DNA of 64,000 nucleotides from a virus. Under the pieces are notes generated by a model, which was given only the letters and a program-made list of their open reading frames with translations, was not told where the DNA came from and did not search any database. Positions within the stretch are counted from its first letter, which is position 1. Every line of letters begins with the position of its first letter. Below, in pieces: positions 28,544-39,156 of this stretch. Location: positions 1-64,000 of IMG/VR virus record IMGVR_UViG_3300037222_000116; one strand, 5' to 3'. The position numbers and the translations under genes were made by a program.

Positions 28544-29312
28544 GTGGGTAGCAACCAACGACGAGCTGAAGATCAAGCTGATCAACGCTGCCTACCACAT
28601 CTTCGATGACGCTTACGCCAATGACCAAGTCGCCAACTACCTCGACTTGCCTCTGGCTACCCTCATCTCGGAGATGAAACGTCTGGAAATGTGGTGTGAT
28701 GAGGCCCCTACCGAAGCCAATACACCCACGACAGAAGCACCGCCAACAGCCAACGTCAACGCCGCTGCCGCGCCGCCAGAAGCCAACGCCAACGACACCA
28801 ATACAGCTCACACGAAGCATGCACCCGCCCCAAATGATGCTATCCCGCGGGCGGTCCTGCCGGTCGTTCCCAAGAGCAATCATTGGACAACCACGCGCAA
28901 GTTTGCCGGGCCTGATGGTGTGCGGCGCTGCGATTTTTTCAACAGCAAGACCAAGGCGTGCTTCCATTACTGGCAACTGCAAGACGGCTTGTTTTCCAGC
29001 CTGCGATGTCCCGGCGACAATGTACCTAGCGGGCTGAAGAACCGTGCCGCGTGGTTGCAGCGTGAGGAATTTTCGCCAACGGGCGAAGAACCGCGGGTTG
29101 GCTGCCCCATGCACCACGGCTACCCCGAAGTCAAAATCGAGCAACCCACACCACCACCACCAACAGGACGATCCAACCTTTCGTTGCTCCCAGCACGACC
29201 GACGCAGATCCCGCACGTCACGCGTCCCGGCGAGGACGAAGACGAGAACGACGACCACCGCGGACCCGACGAAGAGCCCGAGGACGACGGCAACGGGAAG
29301 CTCAACTCGTGA
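28536..29312 (+). CDS. hypothetical protein
   Basis: 258 aa; GGAGGAG RBS; Cys/His cluster. Confidence 0.6.
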   Translation: MAEWVATNDELKIKLINAAYHIFDDAYANDQVANYLDLPLATLISEMKRLEMWCDEAPTEANTPTTEAPPTANVNAAAAPPEANANDTNTAHTKHAPAPNDAIPRAVLPVVPKSNHWTTTRKFAGPDGVRRCDFFNSKTKACFHYWQLQDGLFSSLRCPGDNVPSGLKNRAAWLQREEFSPTGEEPRVGCPMHHGYPEVKIEQPTPPPPTGRSNLSLLPARPTQIPHVTRPGEDEDENDDHRGPDEEPEDDGNGKLNS

Positions 29313-29704
29313 GTGAAGAAGCCCTCCCGAAGTCGTTTCTGGGTCGTGTCTGGTGGACGATGAACTACATCGCGTGGGCCGTGATGTCGTTCTTCGCCAG
29401 CTTCACGTATCCAATCCGCGCGACCCTCGCCCTGCGTGCAGCCGGGCAGGAAGAGCAACGAGGCAACTGGATCGGTGCCTATGCGTTCTACGCACGAGCG
29501 ATGCACTTCGTCATCCTGCACGGCCTGAACCTCACGGCGAGCCACAAGACACTGCTCAAGCACAACCATCCAGCTCGCCGAATCGCTTTCATCGAGAGCG
29601 AACTCGCCAAGTGGACAACGCGCGCGGACGCCCTGTGGGCAGCTTGTGAGCACTGCCGCGAGCACATCCTGCAAGTGGTCAAGACCGAACGCGAAGCCGC
29701 ATGA
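29309..29704 (+). CDS. hypothetical protein
   Basis: GTGA coupling. Confidence 0.55.
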   Translation: MSEEALPKSFLGRVWWTMNYIAWAVMSFFASFTYPIRATLALRAAGQEEQRGNWIGAYAFYARAMHFVILHGLNLTASHKTLLKHNHPARRIAFIESELAKWTTRADALWAACEHCREHILQVVKTEREAA

Positions 29705-29823
29705 TTCACGTTCTCCACAAGCTCGCCATCGCGGCCTGCGTGTCCTGCCTGACCATCTGCATCAGCACTTGCCCGAGTGGCCTCTGCCGCAAGTGCTGTC
29801 GCAAGCAATGCCCCAACGGGTAG
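29701..29823 (+). CDS. 40-aa peptide with 8 Cys (not in ORF track)
   Basis: MIHVLHKLAIAACVSCLTICISTCPSGLCRKCCRKQCPNG; ATGA coupling. Confidence 0.5.
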   Translation: MIHVLHKLAIAACVSCLTICISTCPSGLCRKCCRKQCPNG

Positions 29824-29836
29824 CAGTTCTGCTACA
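29819..29836. promoter_or_regulatory. 18-bp palindromic operator
   Basis: GGTAGCA-GTTC-TGCTACA upstream of 29848 gene. Confidence 0.55.
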
Positions 29837-29847
29837 GTCTTGCTCCC

Positions 29848-30108
29848 ATGTCAGCCCGAGCCAAGCAGCGCCGTCGCCTCGAACGAGTCCAACTCTTCGG
29901 CAACGGCTACCGCATCAAGTTCAACTACGGCAGCGAGAAGGATGGCTCACTCGCGGCGCTGACCGACTTCCTGCTCGACCACTTCGGCACCGCTGCACTT
30001 GTCCGACGCGCAACATGGGAAGAGGGCCGTTATGAAATTCTAGACAACATACACGGGGCCGTCCTATGCTCCCTCTATCGACGTCCACTGACTCGGAGCA
30101 CACCATGA
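29848..30108 (+). CDS. hypothetical protein
   Basis: ORF directly after operator/-10-like element. Confidence 0.55.
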   Translation: MSARAKQRRRLERVQLFGNGYRIKFNYGSEKDGSLAALTDFLLDHFGTAALVRRATWEEGRYEILDNIHGAVLCSLYRRPLTRSTP

Positions 30109-30470
30109 CGCGAGGGCGGTGAAAGACCGCTCGGTGAGAGAGCAACCTCACTCGCGACCATACATGCAGTAACCACATCCTCGAAAATCCCCACGAGCCC
30201 GTCGATGGTCAGTCATCGGCGGGTTTCGTATTTCAAAGAGCTTGACGACGGAATCGAGATCCGAGTAGGACTTCTCTCGTTGCAAAGAGCGCGGCTTTGG
30301 TCATCACCCAGCGAAGCGGCACCCGGCACGGCGAGTCAGAGGGCGAGCAGAGATGCTCGCCCTTTGGCTTTCAGAGACGAACTACGATACAAGAGCAGTC
30401 GAGGCCAAAGCCGCTCATACAGCGCCCCACCGAAGCCATATGCTGACTCTCAGCATGTCCGCAAAGACAA

Positions 30471-30740
30471 TCAGCCATCGGCGACCTCGGTCAAAGACGC
30501 CCCGCTACGAGCCCACTCGGGAGCTTCTTCCAGACCCTTCCCCACGCGCTCTCCGTGCCTGTAGGCGCTCTCGAACGTCTCGATGAAGCACGAGGGGATG
30601 TCAATTCCTCGCGGCGCTCCTGCGAAGCCGCGCAGGTATCCAACCATGTAGACCGACGGGTTGTTCTTTGTCCTCGCCTCGTCGACGTCTTTGACCAGCG
30701 CCTCGATGTCGATGCTGAAGTGGATCTCTCGCGCCGCCAT
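30471..30740 (-). CDS. hypothetical protein
   Basis: coupled to HTH gene. Confidence 0.55.
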   Translation of the reverse strand: MAAREIHFSIDIEALVKDVDEARTKNNPSVYMVGYLRGFAGAPRGIDIPSCFIETFESAYRHGERVGKGLEEAPEWARSGASLTEVADG

Positions 30741-31177
30741 CAGTCGTTGTCCCGAGGCGCATCGTCATCGTCTTCGTCGGTGGGAGACGGCGAGATAACC
30801 GCGCCGAGCGGAGGCAGAGGCCACAAGTTACGCTGCTTGAGCATGGTCCCGCAGCGGGACTCCATGAACTCCGCACCTTCGAGAAGCAGCATGGATCGAG
30901 CCTCTGCCACCAACGTTGCGTCGTCGTGCTTCTGAAAAGCCTGCCATGCACGATATTCCTCGTCGGTGGCGACCTTCTCGACCCATTCAGCACCACCAAG
31001 AGAGTCTGTCTTGGCCTTGCGAATGAAGGCGTCGATGTCGTCGCTGTCATAGCGAACCGCCCGCGGAGGCACGCGGATGTGTGGGAACGACAACTTCTTG
31101 TCGAGCCGCGCCAACATCAACGATCGGTACGAGATCCCGAGGCGCGCTGCGGCCTCACGTTCACTGATGAGTGCCAT
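30740..31177 (-). CDS. excisionase-like (HTH_17/MerR-type) DNA-binding protein
   Basis: LISEREAAARLGIS...HIRV...VRYDSDDIDAFI; GAGGAG RBS. Confidence 0.8.
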   Translation of the reverse strand: MALISEREAAARLGISYRSLMLARLDKKLSFPHIRVPPRAVRYDSDDIDAFIRKAKTDSLGGAEWVEKVATDEEYRAWQAFQKHDDATLVAEARSMLLLEGAEFMESRCGTMLKQRNLWPLPPLGAVISPSPTDEDDDDAPRDND

Positions 31178-31309
31178 TTGAATGCTCCTCTGCGAAAACC
31201 GCAAGTTCTCCACCTTCACACGCCAGTAGCAAAACAGCAACAAAAAAACGACACGGCTTGCTACTTGTTCATGCGCCTTGGTCCACCGCTCGCACGGCGC
31301 TGGCCTAAG

Positions 31310-31610
31310 ACAACCAAAGGTTTTCAAAATAGGGCGTTTTGGTGAAAACCTTTTTTCCGTTTGTGTTCCATCAAGTTACACCACCAACTACCAAAGGTTT
31401 TCAGGTTTTCATCGAATAAAAGTGGTCTAGGATCAGAGGTACTTGTATGACAAACTCGTAATTAGCTTTAGAGGACCGAAAAACACAAAATACGAGTTTG
31501 TTATGCAAGTACCTCTCTGTAGAGAGAAGTTATGCAGGCGTGAAAACCTGAAAACCTTGAATGAAATCGCGGAAACGACGAAAAAGTTGAAAAGCTTTTG
31601 AAAAGCTTAC
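31310..31610. other. putative replication origin
   Basis: AT-rich; six AGGTTTTCA/TGAAAACCT units; nested inverted repeats; directly downstream of primase-helicase. Confidence 0.65.
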
Positions 31611-34091
31611 TTAGTTGACGAGACTGCCGGGAGGCAGGCACGAAGTACGAACTCGTATCGAATACATGGTCTGGTGCTGTCCTGAAAGCGTCACCACAGG
31701 GTAGGTTCCGACGCGGAGGGAACGCAGACGCCGACGCAACGTCGCCGACGACATCTTGGCATGTCCGTTCTTGGACGCCCAATACGCGTAGGCTTCGTAG
31801 AGATCGTCCAGCGTCGTCCCGAGGGGGGTAGCTACGATCTCGGTCGTCTCGTTGACCCAGCGCATCACCGGGTCGATGTCCTGCTGCCAGTCGAAGCCCG
31901 ATGTCTCTGCCGAAGGTGGCAGGAGCAGGCTGCCTCGCGTAAGAGCCCTTCTTGCGCCCTCGACCGCCCAGAGAGCGATCCCTGCCAGCTCCGTCATCGC
32001 GATGCGCTCGGCGAGCTTCAGGTCGCGCTCGTGGGCTTGGAAGTGCCTGTTGAAGTGGATGACCGCGAAGCGTCGGAAGAACGCCGGGGTGTAGTCGTTG
32101 GAGGCGGGGAGGTCGTTCGCCGAGAACATATGTCCAGCCCGCGGCCTGTAGAAGAAGCTGCCCTTATACAATTCCCGTGCCCGAATGAGCTTGCCGCCGA
32201 CGATCTCCTTGAACGACGCCGACGCCAAGATGTCGCGCTCGGGGATTTCACTGACGGCGTTCAGGAGCTTGCCGCGCAGCGCAGCACGCACCCCCTCGCC
32301 GTCGAGGTCTTGGGGCTTGATGGTCGACGTGAATGCCTGCGGGAAGAGGCCGGGGACGTGGTCGTTAGGACCGCTCAGGATGTCGATCAGGACGCTCTTG
32401 CCGTTTTGAGTGAGTCCGGTGAGCATCGCGCAGACCTCGAAGCGCCACGCCTCGCCGAAGAGCGTGACTCCAATCCACTCTTGCAGAAACGCGATCTTCT
32501 GCGCCTTGTCAGCGTCGTTGATGAAGCACTCGTCGAGGTAGAGCAAGAAGCGGGCGGCTCGCGCCTCTTGGTCATAATCGTAAGGCATCGTTGAGCGAAT
32601 TCGGTGCGCAGCGGTGAACGGCTCCAGAATAGTCACGCCGTCAGCAAAGCGCAGGAAGCCGTTTCTGAACGGGACGCCTGCGGGTGCCAGCGCAAAGAAG
32701 TCAGGCTGGTTAATCAACTTGCTGGCGAGGCGGATTGTACCGACGATGTCGCTGTCTTTTAGAGCGAGGCGCTTCGTGATCCCTTGAATCATCCCGGCAT
32801 AGCTGCTGACGATGCGTGTGAGATCGTCGGCGAGAATGGGATGCCATTGCTTCGTCGCTGGATCACACCTGTAGTGTTGTCCGTCGCTGTGGACGACATC
32901 CTCGAAGCTGTCACCTTTGAGATCGCTGTTGAGCTTCGCTGCCAACTCGGGGTGATCTCCCCGGTTGAACCCCCAATCACCACTCTCACCCCAACCGCCG
33001 ATGAGCTTTTTGACCTTCATCCATGATTGCGCGTTGTTTCCACAATGATTGTGAAAACAGGATGAGAGAATCGCTCCGGTCGGAATAATCGAAATCATCC
33101 GAGTGTATGGAATAGGGTGTGCGGGATCGGTTGGACATACTTTGAGATCCCAATGGAATTGTGTTTTTTTAGAGAATTCGATTTTCTGTTTTATCAGCCA
33201 GCTCTCGACGCGGTGAGCGTTGGTGAGTGCATCTTCGGTTGGTGTCCAATCTGTAATTGGTTCGTGCTTACGTACACCCGTGTCGGTTGCATTGCTTTCG
33301 AGGATAGGATGAGCATCTATCATTGCCGTCAACGTGTGCGACATCGTTTCGTTGAAGCTCACCCAACGAGTGAGGTAGGGATCTTTGCGCTTCCAGTTCC
33401 ACGAGCCCGCGAGACGCAAGACTTGGCGGGGACTCTTAGCAATGGCTTTGTCGGTCTGAAGGTGGCATGCGAGCTGTAGCTCAGCTTCAGTCCAACGGGC
33501 AATAGGCTCTCCGCTGTTGATGGCGAAGTAACCGTGCTTCTTGCGGTCGCTGTTGGATGTTTGAAGAATTGCCGTCGGTGGTAGCTTGGGAGCAGGAGGC
33601 GTCTCACACGTCCCGTCGTCATCGTAGACAAGCATCTTGACGATCGCATCGGGAGCCGTCTTGGGTCGCGAGTAGAGGACTTCAGTCATCTCGGCTGGCG
33701 GCGTGTACCCGGTCGTGTCGCAGGCATTGACGCTGATGTAGATAGCTGCCTTGCGTTGTGGCGAGTTGTAGTTGGAGATCGCCTTCCAGCATTCGTCCAG
33801 TGTCCCGACGAGAATTGGATTGCGCGCCTTGCGCACGCCGTCCTTGGTGTAGTGCATCATGTTGTCGTCGGGGTGAGGGACGATCTGGAAGACGCAGACG
33901 GTCTTGGTGGGGTCTGCGTCGCCAAAGAGCAGCTTGATGTGCTTCTCGGCGTCTGCTCGATTGATCATCCCCGGCGTCAGCGTGATTGGAGCTGGAGGTG
34001 TTACCAGCGTGCTACGCAACGGTGGCAGGGTGATGTCGTCCACGCCGACGTCTTCATCGTCGGGCAACGGAGGCAGCGATGGCGCTGACAT
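31611..34091 (-). CDS. primase-helicase (RepB-type primase + D5_N/SF3 helicase)
   Basis: ILQTS..KHGYF and VLRLAGSWN primase motifs; C..H/CFHNHC zinc site; Walker A GLTQNGKS; FSANDLP..FFRRF. Confidence 0.88.
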   Translation of the reverse strand: MSAPSLPPLPDDEDVGVDDITLPPLRSTLVTPPAPITLTPGMINRADAEKHIKLLFGDADPTKTVCVFQIVPHPDDNMMHYTKDGVRKARNPILVGTLDECWKAISNYNSPQRKAAIYISVNACDTTGYTPPAEMTEVLYSRPKTAPDAIVKMLVYDDDGTCETPPAPKLPPTAILQTSNSDRKKHGYFAINSGEPIARWTEAELQLACHLQTDKAIAKSPRQVLRLAGSWNWKRKDPYLTRWVSFNETMSHTLTAMIDAHPILESNATDTGVRKHEPITDWTPTEDALTNAHRVESWLIKQKIEFSKKTQFHWDLKVCPTDPAHPIPYTRMISIIPTGAILSSCFHNHCGNNAQSWMKVKKLIGGWGESGDWGFNRGDHPELAAKLNSDLKGDSFEDVVHSDGQHYRCDPATKQWHPILADDLTRIVSSYAGMIQGITKRLALKDSDIVGTIRLASKLINQPDFFALAPAGVPFRNGFLRFADGVTILEPFTAAHRIRSTMPYDYDQEARAARFLLYLDECFINDADKAQKIAFLQEWIGVTLFGEAWRFEVCAMLTGLTQNGKSVLIDILSGPNDHVPGLFPQAFTSTIKPQDLDGEGVRAALRGKLLNAVSEIPERDILASASFKEIVGGKLIRARELYKGSFFYRPRAGHMFSANDLPASNDYTPAFFRRFAVIHFNRHFQAHERDLKLAERIAMTELAGIALWAVEGARRALTRGSLLLPPSAETSGFDWQQDIDPVMRWVNETTEIVATPLGTTLDDLYEAYAYWASKNGHAKMSSATLRRRLRSLRVGTYPVVTLSGQHQTMYSIRVRTSCLPPGSLVN

Positions 34092-34341
34092 TTACGAGGG
34101 CCGCAGGCTTTTCTGAAAGGACATCTCGCTCCCCAAAGTTGGCGTTGGGCGGTCGGCGGGCCGCAGGAGTCTGCGCTTCTACCTCAAGGCGTTGGTGATT
34201 GGCAAGATGTTTACAGTCGATTCACTCTAAGTAGGCATTTCATATGGTCTTAGGTGATACCTCTAATTTTTTGTTTGACGTGATTGCAATGCCGTGCGAG
34301 AACGGGAGTCTCTTTTCTCGTTGTCGATGGAGACGTGTCGA

Positions 34342-34809
34342 ATGTCTAAGCCCAAGAAGGGCGCGAGTTCGCGTCGCGCTTTGCCTGTTCTGCGTGGCGG
34401 CTTTGCCGATCGCAATCCCAAGCCGAAGCATGCCAAGGCGAAGGTGAAGGCGGGCTTGCCTGCTCCCTTTGTCGAGCACGAGGAAGCCGTTTCGCAGGCG
34501 CGCACGCAGTCCTACGACGAAGACCTCCGCGAGCTGGGTTTTGTCAACGAGGACGCCTTTCACGAGGCGGTCGACATGAACCGCGCTGCGTTCGCCGCGG
34601 CGCTGGTCGGCCAGCGGCGAGCAGCAGCACAGGTCGATCGCAATGACCGTGTCAGGCGGTCGCTGCTCGGTCTGTTGGAGGTTGAAGAGGTCCGTCTCTT
34701 CATTGCCGAGAAGACCGGGCGCTTCCACGAGACGGTTCACCAGCTCGTCGAGTTGGCGAAAGACCCCTCGGACCCAGCGTGGGACGAAAAGAAGCCGGTG
34801 GCGCGGTGA
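34342..34809 (+). CDS. hypothetical protein
   Basis: first ORF of rightward operon; GGAG RBS; TTGACG upstream. Confidence 0.6.
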   Translation: MSKPKKGASSRRALPVLRGGFADRNPKPKHAKAKVKAGLPAPFVEHEEAVSQARTQSYDEDLRELGFVNEDAFHEAVDMNRAAFAAALVGQRRAAAQVDRNDRVRRSLLGLLEVEEVRLFIAEKTGRFHETVHQLVELAKDPSDPAWDEKKPVAR

Positions 34810-34992
34810 GCACCAAGTTAGACTTGGACGTCATCGGTCCCGAGGCAGAGGCAGTCAAGACCATTGATGCCTTGATGTTGGAGAATGTTCCGGCAGCGCG
34901 GATTTGTGATCGCTTCGCTTTGCTGCGAAAGGCGTGGGACGAGCCGATCGATGCGCTCGTCAAAGAAGCTCGGGGGCAATGACGAAGGTGAC

Positions 34993-35346
34993 ATGGATCT
35001 TCTCATGAATCACCTGCGAGGACTCGCGCTCGGCGCGTATGTCATCGGGCGGCTCGATGGTGCGGACGAAGCGACGGCGCAAGCCGCCGCGAAGCTCATG
35101 CTCGATGTGCAGAGCGTTGCCATGGTCGCTTCGCTCGAAGCGAACGAAGTCAATCGGCGGCGGATCAGCATTGAGCGCGCTGAAGTGACTTTGGCGAAGC
35201 TCAAGAGCGCCTATCACTCTGAGCATCCGGCTGTCCTTCGCGTCTCGAAAGCATTGTCGCGCTTGCGTGCGGGTGATGACATCGCGATGGTGCTCGCCGA
35301 GTTGAATGCCGATGCCAAGGTCAGTGGCGGGTTCTCTCTCGGCTAA
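34993..35346 (+). CDS. hypothetical protein
   Basis: TAATG coupling to helicase. Confidence 0.55.
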   Translation: MDLLMNHLRGLALGAYVIGRLDGADEATAQAAAKLMLDVQSVAMVASLEANEVNRRRISIERAEVTLAKLKSAYHSEHPAVLRVSKALSRLRAGDDIAMVLAELNADAKVSGGFSLG

Positions 35347-37097
35347 TGCCTGTCGTTCTCGCACAAGGCAACGCTGGTATTCCTGTCACGCCAGTAGTCG
35401 GCGAGCGTGACTGGTTCCGCGTGCCGTGGAAACAGATTCACGAGAAGACCGGCTTGCCGCCGTATGTCATTCCCGGCGTTCGCGAGCCCAAGACCGGAGG
35501 CCAGCTCTCGCCGTGGCCTCGCTACGTCCATCGGACGCACCTGCCAGCATTGGGCTTGGTTGTCCCGGTTGATGATGCTCCTTCGCCGCACAAGTACGGC
35601 GAGGACGTCTTGCGGTCGTATCAGAAGCTCGATCGGGATTTCGTTTCTGCCCGACGTGGCGTGATTCTGAGCCAAGAACAGCGTGTGGGTAAGACTCCCA
35701 CAGCGATGTACGCACATGAGCCGAACGACGGCATGATGGTTGTTGTTGGCCCTCTTGCGTCGCGTCTCGTGTGGCACGAGTGGGCCGCTCGTCGCTTCGG
35801 GTGGTGTGCTGACGAGACGTGCATTACTTGCTCGCGGCTCTGTACTGTCCATCGCGACGTTCCGAGCTTCATTGCTCTCGAAGGTAGGACGGTCGATCCG
35901 AAGCTGCCGCCGTTGACCATGACGAAAGCGATCCGTTGCTTTTCGACAACATCGCTCTTCGCGATGGGACAGCTCAAGCCGCGTGTAGTCTTCATGTCGC
36001 ACGCGATCGTCTTTCCGTGGTCTGAGCAATGGACGCTTTTCGAGCCGCTCGGGACATTGGTTGTCGACGAGTTCCACATGGTCGGCCTTGGCAATCGACA
36101 CAACCTGACCGTCAAGGGCCTACGCCGCATCAACACGGTCGCGTCGCGTGCAATTATGTTGTCTGGTACGCCGATTTCCAATCGCATTGATGGCCTGTGG
36201 GCACCGCTCGACATTGCTGTCCCCGGTGCGTTTGGAAAATATTGGGATTTTGGGCGCCGCTGGGTCGGCGCGACGCCGGGAGCCCATGGCTATCAGATGG
36301 GTGCTCCGACACGGGTTGATGAACTGAAGGCGCGTTTGTCTGAAGTCTTGATTCGACGCACTTGGAAAGAGATCGCGCCGAACCTGCCGCCGATTTCGCG
36401 CAGTACAGAACTGGTCGCGATTCCCGAGAAAGTGCGCTGGGAGGTCGAGCAGCTCGCGTCCGAGCTTCGCAAGATGACGGATGGTCTTCAGACCAAAGTC
36501 GGGCACTTGGCAAGATTGCGGCGGCTCTTCGCCGAAGCCAAGACCGATGCGGCTGTGCTGCAAATCGAAGACGCCATTGCCAACGGGCACTCGTGTATCG
36601 GCTGGGTATGGCACCGTGATGTCGCGTTCAAGCTGGTTGAGAAGCTGCGCGCGAAATCAATTCGGGTCTTTGATCCGATTCACGGCCAAGTACCCCCCAA
36701 AGAGCGCGAAGAAATCCTGCGTGACGCCGCGAGCGGCATTGGTCCTCGCGTGTTGGTCGCGACCATGGCATCTCTGGGAACGGCTGTGGCCCTGACGTGG
36801 GCCTCGCACGAGTTCTTCGCCGAGCTGGACTGGAACCCGACCAACATCGCCCAGCCCGAGATGCGTCCTTTTGACGGTGTCAATAGCGTGTCGAGCGTGT
36901 TCATGGTCGCCGACTGTGACTCGGACATTCGATTGGCTCAGTCGTTGGTATCAAAGCTCGGGACCACGAGAGCACTCGGGCTCGAAGCCGGGGTTGGAAG
37001 CTGTGCTGAAGTTCTCGGGGAGACGTTCGGCATCGCTCCGAGTCGCAGTCTCGATGAAATGGCCGAGCGGCTCCTCGAAGCAAGAGACGACGAATGA
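35346..37097 (+). CDS. SNF2-like SF2 helicase
   Basis: EQRVGKT, LVVDEFH, MLSGTPISN, ELDWNP. Confidence 0.85.
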   Translation: MPVVLAQGNAGIPVTPVVGERDWFRVPWKQIHEKTGLPPYVIPGVREPKTGGQLSPWPRYVHRTHLPALGLVVPVDDAPSPHKYGEDVLRSYQKLDRDFVSARRGVILSQEQRVGKTPTAMYAHEPNDGMMVVVGPLASRLVWHEWAARRFGWCADETCITCSRLCTVHRDVPSFIALEGRTVDPKLPPLTMTKAIRCFSTTSLFAMGQLKPRVVFMSHAIVFPWSEQWTLFEPLGTLVVDEFHMVGLGNRHNLTVKGLRRINTVASRAIMLSGTPISNRIDGLWAPLDIAVPGAFGKYWDFGRRWVGATPGAHGYQMGAPTRVDELKARLSEVLIRRTWKEIAPNLPPISRSTELVAIPEKVRWEVEQLASELRKMTDGLQTKVGHLARLRRLFAEAKTDAAVLQIEDAIANGHSCIGWVWHRDVAFKLVEKLRAKSIRVFDPIHGQVPPKEREEILRDAASGIGPRVLVATMASLGTAVALTWASHEFFAELDWNPTNIAQPEMRPFDGVNSVSSVFMVADCDSDIRLAQSLVSKLGTTRALGLEAGVGSCAEVLGETFGIAPSRSLDEMAERLLEARDDE

Positions 37098-37281
37098 ACA
37101 TTCTTGATTGGGTTTGGCATATGTTCACGACAGACGCCGGGCGTGCGTGGTTTCTGCGCGAAGTCAACGACCCGGCAATCAACGCTGCGCTGGCGATTGT
37201 CCGTGCCGAAGACACTTTCTTTCGGACGCTGCTTCGTCTCGAAGAAGCAGCATCCGAGTGGGACGACCTTGGAGGAGAATC

Positions 37282-37722
37282 GTGAAAATCTACGTTGCGT
37301 CATCATGGCGTAATCTCTTGCAGCCGGGCATCGTGCTCGCGTTGCGACGGTGTGGTCACGAGGTCTACGACTTCCGCCATCCGTCTCCCGGTAACAATGG
37401 CTTCTCGTGGAAGGAAATCGACGGCGGCTGGGAGTCGTGGACGCCCGAGCAGTATCGTGCTGCGTTGCAGCACCCGATCGCCGTTGCGGGGTACGATCAC
37501 GACATCGGTGCGCTGAAGGCTTGTGATACCTGCGTTCTCGTCCTTCCATCGGGGCGCTCAGCCTCGTGGGAGTTCGGCTATGCGATGGGGCAGGGCAAGC
37601 GCGGCGTCGTGGTGCAGCTCGACAAGATCGAGCCTGAGTTGATGTACCGCGAAGCCGAGATCGTCACGTCGATGGACGAGTTCTTCAACGTCTTCGGCGA
37701 GCCGAGCGAGCACGGCTCGTGA
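37282..37722 (+). CDS. nucleoside 2-deoxyribosyltransferase-like protein
   Basis: KIYVASSW, GHEVYDF, D..AL..CD, SGRSASWEFGYA. Confidence 0.7.
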   Translation: MKIYVASSWRNLLQPGIVLALRRCGHEVYDFRHPSPGNNGFSWKEIDGGWESWTPEQYRAALQHPIAVAGYDHDIGALKACDTCVLVLPSGRSASWEFGYAMGQGKRGVVVQLDKIEPELMYREAEIVTSMDEFFNVFGEPSEHGS

Positions 37723-38836
37723 AGATCGCCGAGCTGAAGATTTGGCTGGAGTGCTACAAGAGCGCGCTCCCGGCCTACATGATCTCTCGGGACAAAGAGA
37801 GTGATCCGCCGCCCAAGACGATCGAGGGCTATACGGACGCGGACTACGTGAGTGAGCGGGCGGCGTTGATCGCCGACAAGATGCTCATGCAGTACCAGCT
37901 TCGCCTGATGAACTACGCCGATCCCACCGAGAGTGAGGACGCCCCTCCTCTCAAGGAGAAGACCGATGTCCCTGCGTGACAAGAACGGCAAGATGGTATT
38001 CCCCGAGGACAAGCTGCGCACCAAGCCCAAGCGCGGCAAGAAGTCCGCGACGGGCGGCATCGTGCGCACCGGGCGCAAGGCCAATGGTGCCAAGCAGCGC
38101 CAGTGGCGGGAGCCGACACCGGGAGAGCGCGTCGATGGCTGATTATTCCTGCCTCGACTTCACGTCGCAGACGAGGCGCACACTTCTCGCGGCGGCGGTG
38201 ATTCAGGGATTGCTTGCCGACGGCAACATCGTCAAGGGCAATTCCAAGGACACCAACGAGCAGATCGCCAAGAAGCTCGCAGTGGCGGCTGTGCGAATCG
38301 CAGACTTTGTCTGCGCCGAGCTGGACAAGGAGTAGAAGCCAAATGGCGCTCGACGACATCAAGATCGTTCGTGTCCTCCGCATCATCGAGTACACAGGAC
38401 CGCGGCATGTCGTGACGACCACCATCGCGCAGAGCATTGACGGGATGTTCGATGCACCCAACGGCATGCGCATTGTCGCTGCTTTGGTTGCCAGCGGTAC
38501 TCCCGACGAGATAGCAGCGGCGTTGCGCTATGGCATTGGTGCCGATGCGCGACGAGCCTTGATGAACGCGCGTGAGCGAACGTGGGTTAATCCACGCAAG
38601 TACAAGAAAGGCTACTAGCTGTGGCTGACTTCAATCGGCGAGAAGAAGATCACGAGATCCCGCGTGCGACGTGTATCGGCGAGACGGCGAAAGCTCTCAA
38701 GGTCGAGCACTCCTCGGGTGAGGAGTTGTGGGTTCCCAAGTCTGTGATCTGCGAAGCGTCGGACGTCAAGGAACTCGGTGACTATGGCACTCTCGTCATT
38801 CCTCAGTGGTTTGCGAAAAAGGAGAACTTGTTCTAA
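37719..38836 (+). other. run of five small coupled hypothetical ORFs (37719-37979, 37966-38142, 38135-38335, 38343-38618, 38621-38836)
   Basis: overlapping start/stop codons and SD-like sites. Confidence 0.55.
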
Positions 38837-39156
38837 TGGCAAAATCAGTCGAAATACAGGCGGCGTTCGGTGTTCGTTTCAAGCTCCGCGCCGAGGGGGA
38901 CAAGCTCTACGCCGCGGGGGGCAAGCTCTGCGCCGAGGGGGACAAGCTCTACGCCGCGGGGGGCAAGCTCTACGCCGAGGGGGGCAAGCTCCGCGCCGAG
39001 GGGGGCAAGCTCTGCGCCGAGGGGGGCAAGCTCCGCGCCGAGGGGGACCTCGTTTTCTCTGTTGCGGTCATCGCTGCCTTCGGAGCAAAAGCAATCATCG
39101 AGTGGTGGAGGAAAGACGGTAGCGTCTTCGTGAACGATGAGGAGTATAGCTCGTGA
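38836..39156 (+). CDS. KLxAxGx heptad-repeat protein
   Basis: 8 repeats of KL(R/Y/C)A(E/A)G(D/G). Confidence 0.65.
   Translation: MAKSVEIQAAFGVRFKLRAEGDKLYAAGGKLCAEGDKLYAAGGKLYAEGGKLRAEGGKLCAEGGKLRAEGDLVFSVAVIAAFGAKAIIEWWRKDGSVFVNDEEYSS
38881..39048. repeat. 21-bp tandem repeat x8
   Basis: AAGCTCYRCGCCGMGGGGGRC units. Confidence 0.95.

Noticed and set aside
30740-31177. Evidence for an integrated prophage
   Set aside because: Excisionase-like HTH alone is insufficient; no integrase, att site or host flank visible
38881-39048. CRISPR array or DGR template/variable repeat
   Set aside because: Contiguous in-frame units without spacers; no reverse transcriptase or cas operon; variation includes C/T
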